Positions 1 through 13,474 of a DNA stretch of 42,851 bases are shown here, piece after piece. Origin of the DNA: Candidatus Limnocylindrus sp. (lineage in GTDB: Bacteria > Chloroflexota > Limnocylindria > Limnocylindrales > Limnocylindraceae); the NCBI GenBank assembly GCA_044343985.1, contig JBIJDR010000003.1, positions 1 through 42,851 on the forward strand, in the 5' to 3' direction. Numbering within the stretch: the first letter of the stretch is position 1; each line of letters starts with the position of its first letter. The notes beneath the pieces are model-generated. The model did no database searches and was not told the DNA's origin. It saw nothing but the letters and a program-made list of their open reading frames with translations. The position numbers were made by a program, and so were the translations under genes.

Positions 1-1
1 T

Positions 2-401
2 GCCGCCGGACAGAACATGATCCCTACAACCACTGGCGCCGCAACGGCGCTCGCGCTCGTCATCCCAGAGCTGAAGGGGAAGTTTGACGGATACAGCGTG
101 CGCGTCCCAACACCAACGGTGAGCCTCGTCGACTTCACTGCCGAACTAGAGCGACCAGCAACGATCGAGCAGATCAATGACGCATTCCGCGCCGCAGCGA
201 GTGGACCAATGAAGGGGATTCTCGGCGTTTCAGACGAGCCACTCGTCTCCTCCGACTTCCGTGGCGACTCGCGCTCCGCAATCATTGATTCTGCAAGCAC
301 CATGTTGCTTGGCGACAACTTCGCCAAGGTGGTCGCTTGGTACGACAACGAGTGGGGCTACAGCTGCCGCATTGCGGACCTTGTGAAGTTTGTGGCCGCC
401 C

Positions 402-409
<8 letters not shown>
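2..409 (+). CDS. gap: Glyceraldehyde-3-phosphate dehydrogenase, C-terminal part (runs off window start)
   Basis: Motifs [28 protein letters not shown] and [11 protein letters not shown]; frame open from position 2; directly upstream of pgk. Confidence 0.97.
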
Positions 410-4059
<3,650 letters not shown>

Positions 4060-4073
4060 CTCAAGCGTCCCAA

Positions 4074-4093
4074 CGCGCGGATCGCTCCGCGCG
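4074..4093. terminator. GC-rich hairpin between convergent genes
   Basis: CGCGCGGA-tcgc-TCCGCGCG perfect 8-bp stem; no strong U-tract. Confidence 0.5.
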
Positions 4094-4096
4094 GAA

Positions 4097-4591
4097 CTAT
4101 TCGGCCTTTGCAGCCTTCTTTGGCGCGGCCTTTGTCTTCTTGGTGGCGGGCTTCTTCGCTGCAGGCTTTGCAGCGATCGCCTTCGCTTCGATCGCCTTGG
4201 CGGCGGCGGCCTTGGTTGCTGCGGCGCGCTTCGCACCGGAGATTGCCGCCTTCTTCGTTGCCTTCTTCACCACGATCGCGGTGGTGGTGCCGGTTGGGCT
4301 CGCCTTCGCGGCGGCGGCCTTCTTTGCGAGGCGTGACTTGCGTCGCGCGGCGGCGTTCTTATGAATGGCACCGCTCTTTGCGGCGCGGTCGAGTGCGCTC
4401 GCCGCCTTGGAGACGGATGCGGCGGCATCGCCCTGCTTCTGACCGGTGAGGATGGCAACGGCGCTCGCGACGCGACTCTTCGCTTCGGTGCGCTTCGGCT
4501 GCTGGACGGCGCCGCGTCGTGCGGAGGCGCGAACCTCCTTGAGGGACTGCGGCGTTCGTGCGCCCTTGTACTTGCGAGGGGTCTTTCCCAT
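4097..4591 (-). CDS. rpsT: 30S ribosomal protein bS20 with Lys/Ala-rich C-terminal extension
   Basis: ASALDRAAKSGAIHKNAAARRKSRL is the S20 signature; GGAG SD upstream of ATG; divergent from lepA as in many bacteria. Confidence 0.92.
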   Translation of the reverse strand: MGKTPRKYKGARTPQSLKEVRASARRGAVQQPKRTEAKSRVASAVAILTGQKQGDAAASVSKAASALDRAAKSGAIHKNAAARRKSRLAKKAAAAKASPTGTTTAIVVKKATKKAAISGAKRAAATKAAAAKAIEAKAIAAKPAAKKPATKKTKAAPKKAAKAE

Positions 4592-4637
4592 TGGTCACTC
4601 CATACAACTTCAGGGGCTCGATGCGAGCCGTCGGGCG

Positions 4638-4646
4638 ATCGTAGCA
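4638..4646 (-). promoter_or_regulatory. Putative extended -10 promoter (TGcTACGAT) for rpsT
   Basis: Reverse complement of ATCGTAGCA; followed by a small leader hairpin GGCTCG-cat-CGAGCC and the SD. Confidence 0.5.
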
Positions 4647-4748
4647 GAGGGGAGCCCGCCGCTCGCCGAGAGGCGGGAAGCCCCCGAGAGGGGAGCCGCC
4701 TCTGGCCGACCGACGGCAAGTCCCCTGTCGTGCGATTCTTGAGGGGAT

Positions 4749-6563
4749 ATGAGCAACATCCCCCAGTCCCGACTGCGCAACTTCAGCATCATTGCGCACA
4801 TTGACCATGGCAAATCCACGCTCGCCGACCGGCTGCTGGAGGCGACCCATACCGTTGATCCGCGGCAGATGACCTCACAGGTGCTCGACTCCATGGACCT
4901 TGAGCGCGAGAAGGGGATCACGATTAAGGCGCGCGCCGTCCGCCTGGAGTACGTGGCGAGCGACGGCCTCACCTACGGCCTCAACCTGATCGACACGCCG
5001 GGGCATGTGGACTTCGCCTATGAGGTCTCGCGCAGCTTGCAGGCCTGTGACGGCGCAATCCTTGTGGTGGACGCGAGCCAAGGGATCGAAGCGCAGACGC
5101 TCGCAAACGTGCATCTCGCCATGAAGATGGGCCTTCTCATCATTCCGGTGCTGAACAAGATCGACCTCCCCGCCTCCGATCCTGAAGCGGTGATGAACGA
5201 GTTGGAGGAGACGCTTGCGATCCCGCGCGAAGAGGTGATTCTCGCCTCGGCGAAAGAGGGGAAGGGGATCCCAGAGATTCTTGAGGCGCTGGTGAAGCGC
5301 ATCCCTGCGCCGAGCGGTCCACTTGATGCGCCGCTGAAGGCGCTCGTCTTCGATTCGCACTACGACACATACAAGGGCGTCGTGAACTATGTCCGCGTGC
5401 AAGAGGGTCGTCTGAGGATGGGTGAGGCGATCACGATGATGGGATCTGGCGCGCAGTGTGTCCCGGTGGAGATTGGCTACTTCCGACCGCAACACGTGCC
5501 AGTGCAAGAGCTGCAGGCTGGCGAAGTTGGCTACGTTGCAACGGGCCTAAAGAGCGTGCGCGACGCGCGTGTTGGCGACACCGTCACCACCACACTGAAC
5601 TCTGCGACTGAGCCACTCCCTGGATACCAGGTTGCGCTGCCACTCGTCTTCGCGGGGCTCTACCCGCTCAGTGGCGAAGATTATCCGGCGCTGCGCGAGG
5701 CGCTGGAGAAGTTGCACCTGAACGATGCGAGCTTCACCTTTGAGGCGGAATCGTCTGCGGCGCTCGGCTTCGGCTTCCGCTGCGGCTTCCTCGGACTCCT
5801 GCACATGGAGATCGTGCAGGAGCGTCTTGAGCGCGAGTTCACCCTGCAGCTGATCGCCTCTGCACCTTCCTGTAAATACCAGGTTCATCTGAACAACAGC
5901 AAGGGAGAGATGCTGATCAACAATCCGGCGCAGCTGCCGAGCCCAAACCACATTGATGAGATTCGTGAGCCGTGGGTGAATGCTTCCATCGTCACGCCAA
6001 CCACCTATATCGGCACGATCATGGATCTCTCCACAGATAAGCGCGGCATCTTTGATGGGATGGAGTACCTGGACGAGAAGCGTGTGGTGATGAGCTTCCA
6101 GATCCCGCTCGCCGAACTGATCGTGGACTACTTCGATCAACTGAAGAGCAGGACGAAGGGCTATGCGTCGCTCGACTACGTTGAGTCGGAGTATCGCGTG
6201 GCGCCGCTGGTGAAGCTCGACATCCTGGTGAACGGTGAGCCGGTCGACGCGCTCAGCACGATCATCCATCGTGACCGAGCGCAGAGCGCCGGCCGCGTCT
6301 TGGCCGCCAAGTTGAAAGAGTTGATTCCGCGCCAGATGTTTGAGGTGCCGATCCAGGCGGCGATCGGCGGAACGATCATTGCGCGCGAGACGGTGAAGGC
6401 GGTGCGCAAGAACGTGCTCGCCAAGTGCTATGGCGGAGACATCACGCGAAAGAAGAAGCTGCTTGAGAAGCAGAAAGAGGGGAAGGAGCGGATGAAGCGC
6501 GTCGGCTCCGTTGAGATCCCGCAAGAGGCCTTCCTTGCCGTCCTCCGCACCGACGCCGATTAA
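4749..6563 (+). CDS. lepA: Elongation factor 4 (LepA)
   Basis: [73 protein letters not shown]. Confidence 0.98.
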   Translation: MSNIPQSRLRNFSIIAHIDHGKSTLADRLLEATHTVDPRQMTSQVLDSMDLEREKGITIKARAVRLEYVASDGLTYGLNLIDTPGHVDFAYEVSRSLQACDGAILVVDASQGIEAQTLANVHLAMKMGLLIIPVLNKIDLPASDPEAVMNELEETLAIPREEVILASAKEGKGIPEILEALVKRIPAPSGPLDAPLKALVFDSHYDTYKGVVNYVRVQEGRLRMGEAITMMGSGAQCVPVEIGYFRPQHVPVQELQAGEVGYVATGLKSVRDARVGDTVTTTLNSATEPLPGYQVALPLVFAGLYPLSGEDYPALREALEKLHLNDASFTFEAESSAALGFGFRCGFLGLLHMEIVQERLEREFTLQLIASAPSCKYQVHLNNSKGEMLINNPAQLPSPNHIDEIREPWVNASIVTPTTYIGTIMDLSTDKRGIFDGMEYLDEKRVVMSFQIPLAELIVDYFDQLKSRTKGYASLDYVESEYRVAPLVKLDILVNGEPVDALSTIIHRDRAQSAGRVLAAKLKELIPRQMFEVPIQAAIGGTIIARETVKAVRKNVLAKCYGGDITRKKKLLEKQKEGKERMKRVGSVEIPQEAFLAVLRTDAD

Positions 6564-7803
6564 CGCGCAACGCGCGCAACCGCCGCGCGGCCTCTACCTG
6601 CACGTCCCCTTCTGTCGCTCCCTCTGCCCATACTGCGACTTTGTGGTGATCGCTGGCGCCGCCGCGTTCGGCCCGCGCTCACGGATGGGCGGCTACTTGA
6701 GCGCCGTGGAGCGCGAGATTGATCTACGAGCGAACGCAAGCGATGCGGCATTTGCGGCGCTCGGCGGGGTACGTGATGACGTGCAACGTCTACCACTCGA
6801 GACGCTCTACCTTGGCGGCGGAACACCATCGCTGCTTCCAGCAGAACAGCTGGCGTCGCTGATCAGTCGCGTGCGCGATCGATTCGGCCTGGTGGACGGT
6901 GCTGAGGTGACGCTGGAGTGCAATCCTGGTGCCGATGAGCGCGGCGACTTCACCGCTTCAGTGCAGGCTGGCGTCACCCGCTTCAGCATCGGCGCGCAGA
7001 GCATGGACGTTGCGGCGCTACGCGAGCTTGGTCGCCGACACGGGCCTGATGATGTTGCGGAGAGCATCGCCGCGGCACGCGCCGCTGGAGCGACAAGCGT
7101 CTCCATTGACCTGCTCGCCGATCTCCCAGGCGTTTCGCTGGATTCGTGGGCTGACTCGTTAGACGCTGCACTTGCGCTGCAGCCCGATCACATCAGCGTC
7201 TATGCGTTGACGCTTGCCGCGGGCGGCGCTGATGAGGGTGAGGGGAGCGTTGATGATCGGCTGGCGACACCGGCGGGCGCGCTCGCCTGGCGACGACGCG
7301 CCGCCGCGGAGCAAGACGAAGAGCGCGGCGCACAAGAGTTGGAGCTGCTCGATACGCGGCTCCCCGCCGCTGGGTTCAACTGGTACGAGATCAGCAACTG
7401 GGCGCGCGAGGGACACACCTCGCGCCACAACCGTCTCTACTGGGAGCGCGCGTCAGTTGAGGCGGTGGGACCAGGGGCGCACGCATTTGATGGGGCAACC
7501 CGGCGCTGGAACTCGGCGAGCCTCGACGCATGGGAGGAGGCGCTGAAGAGCGGTGATCTTCCGCCTGGCGGCGCCGCGGCGCCAATCAGTGATCGCGACG
7601 CAACTGCCGAAGGGCTCGTCCTCTCACTGCGGATGTCGACCGGAGTGGATCGTGAAGCGGTTGTTGCCGCGGGCTTCGCTGAAGTGCTGGAGTGGGGCGA
7701 AACGAACGGACTCCTTCTGCCGCATCCAGAAGACACCGCACGCGTTCAGCTAACGATGCGTGGTCGGCTGTTGAGCAACGAACTCTTCTCGCGGATCATC
7801 TAG
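6511..7803 (+). CDS. hemW: Radical SAM heme chaperone HemW (HemN-like); start codon uncertain
   Basis: [17 protein letters not shown], GGGTPS, YEISNW, HNxxYW (HNRLYW); conserved position after lepA. Confidence 0.9.
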   Translation: MRSRKRPSLPSSAPTPINAQRAQPPRGLYLHVPFCRSLCPYCDFVVIAGAAAFGPRSRMGGYLSAVEREIDLRANASDAAFAALGGVRDDVQRLPLETLYLGGGTPSLLPAEQLASLISRVRDRFGLVDGAEVTLECNPGADERGDFTASVQAGVTRFSIGAQSMDVAALRELGRRHGPDDVAESIAAARAAGATSVSIDLLADLPGVSLDSWADSLDAALALQPDHISVYALTLAAGGADEGEGSVDDRLATPAGALAWRRRAAAEQDEERGAQELELLDTRLPAAGFNWYEISNWAREGHTSRHNRLYWERASVEAVGPGAHAFDGATRRWNSASLDAWEEALKSGDLPPGGAAAPISDRDATAEGLVLSLRMSTGVDREAVVAAGFAEVLEWGETNGLLLPHPEDTARVQLTMRGRLLSNELFSRII

Positions 7804-7821
7804 CGCCGCGCGTCCGGCGCT
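7802..7821. terminator. Hairpin between convergent hemW and ABC permease
   Basis: AGCGCCG-cgcgtc-CGGCGCT 7-bp stem. Confidence 0.4.
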
Positions 7822-7825
7822 GCGA

Positions 7826-8599
7826 TCAGTTCGGCGCGGCGAGGTCTCGGCGAGGGAACTTGTAGAAGGCCCAGGCGGCGGCGAGTGCCGTGAGGGTGAC
7901 AAAGATCAGCGCCTCTGCAGGATCGGCCGTCTGGTCAAGGATGCCTTCTGGCGAGAAGTGATTGAAGAGCGAGAGGAACTGATACGGCTCCATCACATCC
8001 CAGAATGATCCAAGGACCTCCACGATGTAGTTCGCCATGATCAGGCCGACAGTGATCGCCATGGCGGGAGGCGTTCGGTCAAAGCTGGCGCTCGCCGCAA
8101 TCGCCAACGTGGCGAATGATCCCCAGAAGAGCGTTCCTGCGGCGAAGAGTGCGGGGAGCTGATCGAACGCAAGTTCACTCGCAACCCCAGCGATCTGCGC
8201 GCCGATCACGGTTCCAAGTACGTATGCGGCGGAGGCAAGGGTTGCGCCGATCCAGCCCTCAAGCATCATCGTGGCCACGATCGTGCGCCGAGGGATCGGT
8301 CGGCTTAGAAGGAGCTCCAGTGTTCCGCGCTGACGTTCACCACTGATTGATCCAACGGTGAGTCCTGCGCTCAGGATGCCGAAGAGTGCGATGGAGATTG
8401 GATGAATGAAGCCCACGGAGATTGTCCCCGAGAGCGTGGAGAAGTTGCCAGGCGGGGTGGGGCGACCGTCAAGCTGGTCAACAAAGGCCTTGTAGATCAC
8501 TGGGAAGAGGAGCGACCAGACCACCACCACGGCAAGTCCAACCGCGAGGCGAATGCGGTGCCCGCGCACGAGCCTGCGGAGGAGCACCACGTTGATCAT
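7826..8599 (-). CDS. ABC-2 type exporter permease
   Basis: About 6 TM segments; ISGERQRGTLELLLSRPIPR motif; ends FPRRDL; ATGA overlap with upstream ATPase. Confidence 0.88.
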   Translation of the reverse strand: MINVVLLRRLVRGHRIRLAVGLAVVVVWSLLFPVIYKAFVDQLDGRPTPPGNFSTLSGTISVGFIHPISIALFGILSAGLTVGSISGERQRGTLELLLSRPIPRRTIVATMMLEGWIGATLASAAYVLGTVIGAQIAGVASELAFDQLPALFAAGTLFWGSFATLAIAASASFDRTPPAMAITVGLIMANYIVEVLGSFWDVMEPYQFLSLFNHFSPEGILDQTADPAEALIFVTLTALAAAWAFYKFPRRDLAAPN

Positions 8600-9621
8600 C
8601 GCGCCACCCGCTTCTTGGTGGCGCGTTTAGCGGGCGCTCGCTTCTTGCTCGTTCGAGGTGCCGCAGCCTCTGGTGTAATCTGCACGCTGTTTCGTGTGCT
8701 GTTGCCGTAATAGGACATGAAGGCCTCCTCAAGGCTCGCCGCCTCAACAAGGAGGTCGCGTAGCCCAGCCGACTGGAGGCGCTTGATGAAGGCGGGGATC
8801 GCCGATGCTTCTGCGTCGCAGCTGATGCGGAAGCCTGACTTCCCCTCCGACTCAATCTTCAAGTTGCTGATACCGGTTGATGCGGTGAGGCGCAGCGGCT
8901 TGCGCGCAACGAGCGCTTCAATGCGGCGACGACGGAATCGAACGAGCGACTCAACGCTCTCAAGTGCAACGAGCTGTCCGCCGCGCACAATGGCGACGCG
9001 GTTGCAGATGCGCTCCACTTCGCTAATAAGATGACTGCTGAAGAAGACGGTGCGACCGAGCGCAACGCGCTCAAGAAGCAGCTCTTGGAGTGAACGCTGC
9101 ATCAGCGGGTCGAGCCCTTCACTCGGCTCGTCAAGGATCAGCAGTTCTGGGTCGGTCTCCATCGCCTGGACCACGCCGATCTTCTGGCGCATGCCGCGGC
9201 TGTAGTCGCGGACCGGTCGCTTCAAGATGGCATCGGAGAGTTCGAGCGCCTCCATGATGCGGTGGCGCAGCAGCGACGGGCGGCCGCTCAGCTCGCGCAT
9301 ATGGTCGAGATATTCGCGACCGCTCATGTAGTCGTAGACGGCGAATCCGGAGGGGAGGTAGCCAACACGTCGACGGATCTCTACTGAATCCTTGACAACA
9401 TCAAGGCCGAGAACGCTCGCCGAACCGCTCGTTGCGTGGAGGAAGCCAAGGAGGGTGCGGATCGTCGTGCTCTTCCCAGCGCCGTTGGGCCCGAGGAAGC
9501 CGAAGAGTTCGCCCTGCTTGATCTCTAGGTTGAGCGACTGCAGCGCCTTGATCTCACCACTCTTGCCGTAGTGTTTCGTGAGGGCACGCGTCTGAATCGC
9601 AAGGTTCGTATCGGTGGACAT
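8596..9621 (-). CDS. ABC-2 type exporter ATP-binding protein with basic C-terminal tail
   Basis: Walker A GPNGAGKST, signature YSRGMRQ, Walker B LLILDEP, H-loop SSH. Start 9621 (or 9627 with SD GGAGGAGG); the longer ORF overlaps hrcA and its promoter. Confidence 0.9.
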   Translation of the reverse strand: MSTDTNLAIQTRALTKHYGKSGEIKALQSLNLEIKQGELFGFLGPNGAGKSTTIRTLLGFLHATSGSASVLGLDVVKDSVEIRRRVGYLPSGFAVYDYMSGREYLDHMRELSGRPSLLRHRIMEALELSDAILKRPVRDYSRGMRQKIGVVQAMETDPELLILDEPSEGLDPLMQRSLQELLLERVALGRTVFFSSHLISEVERICNRVAIVRGGQLVALESVESLVRFRRRRIEALVARKPLRLTASTGISNLKIESEGKSGFRISCDAEASAIPAFIKRLQSAGLRDLLVEAASLEEAFMSYYGNSTRNSVQITPEAAAPRTSKKRAPAKRATKKRVAR

Positions 9622-9661
9622 GTACATATCGTACGCCTCCTCCCAACCCTCGTCGCGGACT

Positions 9662-9691
9662 TTGACCGCGTGGCGGGGGAGCGCGTAGACT
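9662..9691 (+). promoter_or_regulatory. sigma70-type promoter of hrcA (TTGACC-N18-TAGACT)
   Basis: Hexamers at 9662-9667 and 9686-9691, directly followed by a CIRCE-like repeat. Confidence 0.7.
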
Positions 9692-9695
9692 CGTC

Positions 9696-9723
9696 TTGGC
9701 ACTCGGAGGGTTGAGAGTGCCAA
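9696..9723 (+). promoter_or_regulatory. CIRCE-like HrcA operator TTGGCACTC-N10-GAGTGCCAA
   Basis: Perfect inverted repeat upstream of hrcA; spacer is 10 nt versus the canonical 9. Confidence 0.82.
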
Positions 9724-9738
9724 GAGAGGAGGCCACAG

Positions 9739-10803
9739 ATGGTGCGACGGCAGCGACGAACCGGACTTCTTGACGACCGCGCCCGCCTCATCCTCCGCGC
9801 CTTGGTGGAGGAGCACATCCGCACCGCCCTCCCTGTTGGGTCGTCCTCTATTGCCGCCTCCTATCGCCTCGGCGTCTCATCGGCAACGGTGCGTGGCGTC
9901 CTCGCCGAACTCGAAGAGCTCGGCTTGGTTGCGCAGCCGCACACATCGGCCGGCCGCATCCCAACAGACCAGGGGTATCGCACCTACGCGGTGGAGATCG
10001 CCGTTCCGGATGAGGTCACTGAAGTTGATCGACTCATGATTCGCCACCAGTTCGGCCAGGCCGAAGGCGGCGCCGATCAGTGGTTCCGCATTGCGGCGAG
10101 CACCCTGGCGCACTCCACGCACGTTGCCGGTCTCGCCACACCGATGCGTCCCACATCAGCAAGCCTCCGACACGTTGACCTGGTGAGCAGCGCCGATCGC
10201 TTGGCCACCCTCGTTGCGGTGGTGAGTGACGGCAGCGTCCGCCCCACACTGCTGCCGCTGCCAGAGGGCGTTGATCAGGAGCAACTCACCAGCATTGCGA
10301 ACAGGCTCAACGCAACACTGATCGGCTGCACCGCCGACCATCTTGAGGCGCGCGCCAGCGCGCTCGCCGAATCCACACCGCTTCGCGCGGTGACGCACAC
10401 CGTGATGGAGCGGCTCGCTCGGCTGCTGCGCGAAGTGGACGCCGCCTCAGTGGAGCAGGTCTTCAGCGACGGCCTCCTCAACGTGATGGAGGCGCCAGAG
10501 TTCGCCGACAGCGCTCGACTCCGCAACGTCTTCACCGCACTCGAAGGGCGTGGCTACCTCGGACAGCTCGTACGCGAAGTCTCACAGGGGAACAGCGTGC
10601 AGCTCTTCATTGGCACCGAGAATGCGCCGACCGAAATGCACGGGGTCTCACTCGTCCTCGCCCCCTACGGAATTCCCGGTCGCGCCCTCGGCGTTGTCGG
10701 GGTGCTCGGCCCAACCCGGATGCCGTACCCCCGCGCGGTGGGGACGGTTCGCTACGTGGCCACCCTCCTTTCGGAGCTGGTCGGCCGCTTCCACGCCGCC
10801 TAG
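9739..10803 (+). CDS. hrcA: Heat-inducible transcription repressor HrcA
   Basis: PVGS, SSATVR, QPHTSAGRIPTDQGYR, GVLGPTRMPY; SD AGGAGG. Confidence 0.96.
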   Translation: MVRRQRRTGLLDDRARLILRALVEEHIRTALPVGSSSIAASYRLGVSSATVRGVLAELEELGLVAQPHTSAGRIPTDQGYRTYAVEIAVPDEVTEVDRLMIRHQFGQAEGGADQWFRIAASTLAHSTHVAGLATPMRPTSASLRHVDLVSSADRLATLVAVVSDGSVRPTLLPLPEGVDQEQLTSIANRLNATLIGCTADHLEARASALAESTPLRAVTHTVMERLARLLREVDAASVEQVFSDGLLNVMEAPEFADSARLRNVFTALEGRGYLGQLVREVSQGNSVQLFIGTENAPTEMHGVSLVLAPYGIPGRALGVVGVLGPTRMPYPRAVGTVRYVATLLSELVGRFHAA

Positions 10804-10812
10804 CCCGCACCC

Positions 10813-10841
10813 TTGACGATCGCTCCCTGCCGTCGTATTCT
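10813..10841 (+). promoter_or_regulatory. sigma70-type promoter of grpE-dnaK (TTGACG-N17-TATTCT)
   Basis: Near-consensus hexamers with a 17-nt spacer just upstream of CIRCE. Confidence 0.78.
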
Positions 10842-10853
10842 CACCCCAGTGAG

Positions 10854-10880
10854 TTAGCACTCGCATCAAGAGACTGCTAA
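10854..10880 (+). promoter_or_regulatory. CIRCE element TTAGCACTC-N9-GACTGCTAA
   Basis: One mismatch to consensus TTAGCACTC-N9-GAGTGCTAA; between hrcA and grpE. Confidence 0.92.
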
Positions 10881-10930
10881 CTTGTGCGAGAGGCGGGGCT
10901 GAGCCCCGCACGAACACGAAGGAGAGCACG

Positions 10931-11497
10931 ATGGCGGGACGACCCTGGAGCACCAAGGAGCGCGAAGAGCCAGCTGGCGAGGCGGGCGCAGAGCCGGCCG
11001 CCGCTGAGCAGGTCGCCTCGGATCAGGCTTCCTCGGATCAGGCCCTGAGCCCCCTTGAGGCCGCCCTCCTGGAGCGCGACGAGCAGATCGCCGCACACCA
11101 GCGGACCGCCGCCGACTTCGCAAACTTCCGCCGCCGCACCGCCGAAGAGCGGGAGCGCGAGGCGGGACTCGCAAGCGAGACGCTCCTTCTGAAGACGCTC
11201 GCTGTCCTTGACGACCTCGACCGCGCCCTCGCCTCACTCCCAGAAGGGCTGAAGAGCGAGCCGTGGGTTGAGGGGATCGCCGCGATTCATCGCAAGCTGC
11301 TCGCCGTGATGGAGAGCGAAGCGGCGCGACCGTATGAGTCGATCGGCCAGCCATTTGATCCGCGCGAACACGAAGCGGTTGCGCAGGTGCCGGGGAGTGG
11401 CAAGCCACCAGGAGAGGTGCTTCAGGAGCACCGCAAGGGCTGGAAGATTCGCGATCGAATCCTTCGCCCAGCGGTCGTCTCTGTTGCAACCGATTAA
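10931..11497 (+). CDS. grpE: Nucleotide exchange factor GrpE
   Basis: ADFANFRRR, VLDDLDRAL, GQPFDPREHEAV, KGWKIRDRILRPAVVSV; SD AAGGAG. Confidence 0.96.
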   Translation: MAGRPWSTKEREEPAGEAGAEPAAAEQVASDQASSDQALSPLEAALLERDEQIAAHQRTAADFANFRRRTAEEREREAGLASETLLLKTLAVLDDLDRALASLPEGLKSEPWVEGIAAIHRKLLAVMESEAARPYESIGQPFDPREHEAVAQVPGSGKPPGEVLQEHRKGWKIRDRILRPAVVSVATD

Positions 11498-11562
11498 ATC
11501 GCCAACCGACGACTTCGCATTCTCTTTGAACATTAGAAATCAGTAGTGAAAGGAGCAACTCG

Positions 11563-13464
11563 ATGGGAAAGATTATCGGGATCGATCTAGGGACCACGAA
11601 CAGCGTGGTTGCAGCAATGGTTGGCGGTGAGCCAACGGTCATCAGTTCGTCTGAAGGCGGACGCACCGTTCCGTCGGTGGTCGGCTTTGTTAAGGGCGGA
11701 GAGCGCGTAGTGGGGCAACTCGCCAAGCGCCAGGCTGTCACGAATCCGAAGAACACCGTCTTTAGCATCAAGCGCTTCATGGGTCGCCGATTCGACGACG
11801 CAGAAGTTTCAAAGACGAAGGGGCTCATTCCGTACACCGTAGAGAAGGATGGGAAGAGCGACGGCGTCAAGGTGAAGCTTGATTCTGGTGAGTCGTATTC
11901 GCCACAGGAAGTTTCGGCAATGATCTTGCAGAAGCTGAAGGCAGACGCAGAGGCCTTCCTCGGCGAGAAGATCACTGAGGCGGTCATCACTGTTCCCGCG
12001 TACTTCGACGACACGCAGCGACAGGCAACAAAGGATGCCGGCCGCATCGCAGGTCTTGACGTGAAGCGCATCATCAATGAGCCAACGGCGGCGGCGCTTG
12101 CCTACGGTCTTGATAAGAAGAAGGAAGAGAAGATCGCCGTCTACGACCTAGGTGGCGGCACGTTCGACATCTCCATCTTGGAGTTGGGCGACGGCGTCTT
12201 TGAGGTGAAGTCGTCTAATGGCGACACGCACCTTGGTGGTGACGACTTTGACCAGCGCATCATTGACTGGCTCCTCGCCGAGTTCAAGAAGGATCAGGGG
12301 ATCGACCTCTCCAAGGACCAGCAGGCGCTCCAGCGCCTGAAGGAGGCTGCGGAGAAGGCGAAAATCGAGCTCTCTGGCACCGGCCAGACCGAGATCAACC
12401 TGCCCTACATCACGGCAGACGCCACGGGGCCAAAGCACGTGGTCGTCACGTTGACCAAGGCGAAGCTCGAGTCGCTCGTTGCAGACCTTATTGAGAAGAC
12501 GAAGGCACCGGTGATCGCCGCGCTGAAGGATGCGGGCCTGAAGCCATCCGAGATCGACGAGGTCGTTCTGGTTGGCGGGATGACGCGCATGCCAGCGGTG
12601 GTCGAGGCGGTGAAGGCGCTCTTCGGTGGCAAGGAGCCATCAAAGGGCGTGAACCCAGACGAGGTGGTTGCGATCGGCGCGGCGATCCAGGGCGGCGTCC
12701 TCGCGGGCGACGTGAAGGATGTGCTGCTGCTTGACGTGACGCCACTCTCGCTCGGCATTGAGACGCTGGGCGGCGTGATGACGAAGCTCATTGAGCGGAA
12801 CACCACGATCCCAACGTCAAAGAGCCAGACCTTCTCAACGGCGTCAGATAACCAGCCGCAGGTGGAGATCCACGTGCTGCAGGGCGAACGCGAGTTCGCA
12901 ACGGATAACAAGACGCTCGGAAAGTTCATCCTTGACGGGATCCCATCCGCGCCACGCGGCGTGCCGCAGATTGAGGTGACGTTCGACATTGACGCGAACG
13001 GCATCCTCGATGTGAAGGCGAAGGATCGCGCCACTGGGAAGGAGCAGCAGGTACGCATCACCGGCAGCTCGATGCTCGGGAAGGACGATGTGGACCGCAT
13101 GGTCCGCGAGGCGAAAGAGCACGAGTCTGAGGACAAGGTTCGCCGCGAAGCGGTGGACTTCCGAAATCAGACCGAGGCACTCGCCTTCCAGGCCGAGAAG
13201 ACCCTCACCGACCTTGGCGACAAGGTTGATGCGGAGAAGAAGGCTCAGGCTGAGACCCTTATCGGTGAAGTTCGCGAGGCGCTGAAGGGCGAGTCGCTCG
13301 ACCCGGTGAAGGAGAAGGCTGAGGCGTTGGCGAAGGTGATGAGCGAGATCGGCACCGCCGCCTACGCACAAAATCAGCAGGCCGGCACGCCTGAGGGCGC
13401 CGAAGGGGCGTCCGAGAAGGCCGCCGGCGAGGAGACAATCGAAGGCGAAGCGCAGGAGGTTTAA
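11563..13464 (+). CDS. dnaK: Chaperone DnaK (Hsp70)
   Basis: [55 protein letters not shown]. Confidence 0.99.
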   Translation: MGKIIGIDLGTTNSVVAAMVGGEPTVISSSEGGRTVPSVVGFVKGGERVVGQLAKRQAVTNPKNTVFSIKRFMGRRFDDAEVSKTKGLIPYTVEKDGKSDGVKVKLDSGESYSPQEVSAMILQKLKADAEAFLGEKITEAVITVPAYFDDTQRQATKDAGRIAGLDVKRIINEPTAAALAYGLDKKKEEKIAVYDLGGGTFDISILELGDGVFEVKSSNGDTHLGGDDFDQRIIDWLLAEFKKDQGIDLSKDQQALQRLKEAAEKAKIELSGTGQTEINLPYITADATGPKHVVVTLTKAKLESLVADLIEKTKAPVIAALKDAGLKPSEIDEVVLVGGMTRMPAVVEAVKALFGGKEPSKGVNPDEVVAIGAAIQGGVLAGDVKDVLLLDVTPLSLGIETLGGVMTKLIERNTTIPTSKSQTFSTASDNQPQVEIHVLQGEREFATDNKTLGKFILDGIPSAPRGVPQIEVTFDIDANGILDVKAKDRATGKEQQVRITGSSMLGKDDVDRMVREAKEHESEDKVRREAVDFRNQTEALAFQAEKTLTDLGDKVDAEKKAQAETLIGEVREALKGESLDPVKEKAEALAKVMSEIGTAAYAQNQQAGTPEGAEGASEKAAGEETIEGEAQEV

Positions 13465-13474
13465 TCTCTCTCAG

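Noticed and set aside
4611-4727. SRP RNA, 6S RNA or tRNA identity for the structured intergenic
   Set aside because: No SRP CAGG-GGAA-AGCA motif, no TTCG/CCA tRNA hallmarks, and too short and branched to call 6S; kept only as an unassigned structure
5547-6524. 325-aa antisense ORF opposite lepA (similar ones opposite mfd, the mutase and btuC)
   Set aside because: Reverse-frame artefacts of codon bias
9622-9816. 65-aa N-terminal extension of the ABC ATPase in the ORF track
   Set aside because: It runs antisense through the hrcA promoter, CIRCE and hrcA start; better starts exist at 9621/9627
11026-11042. Short tandem repeat CCTCGGATCAGG near here in the grpE 5' region
   Set aside because: In-frame duplication within the variable, disordered GrpE N-terminus; unremarkable
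10866-13371. Long antisense ORFs (403, 243 and 175 aa) opposite grpE/dnaK
   Set aside because: Shadow ORFs typical of high-GC coding regions; no independent motifs
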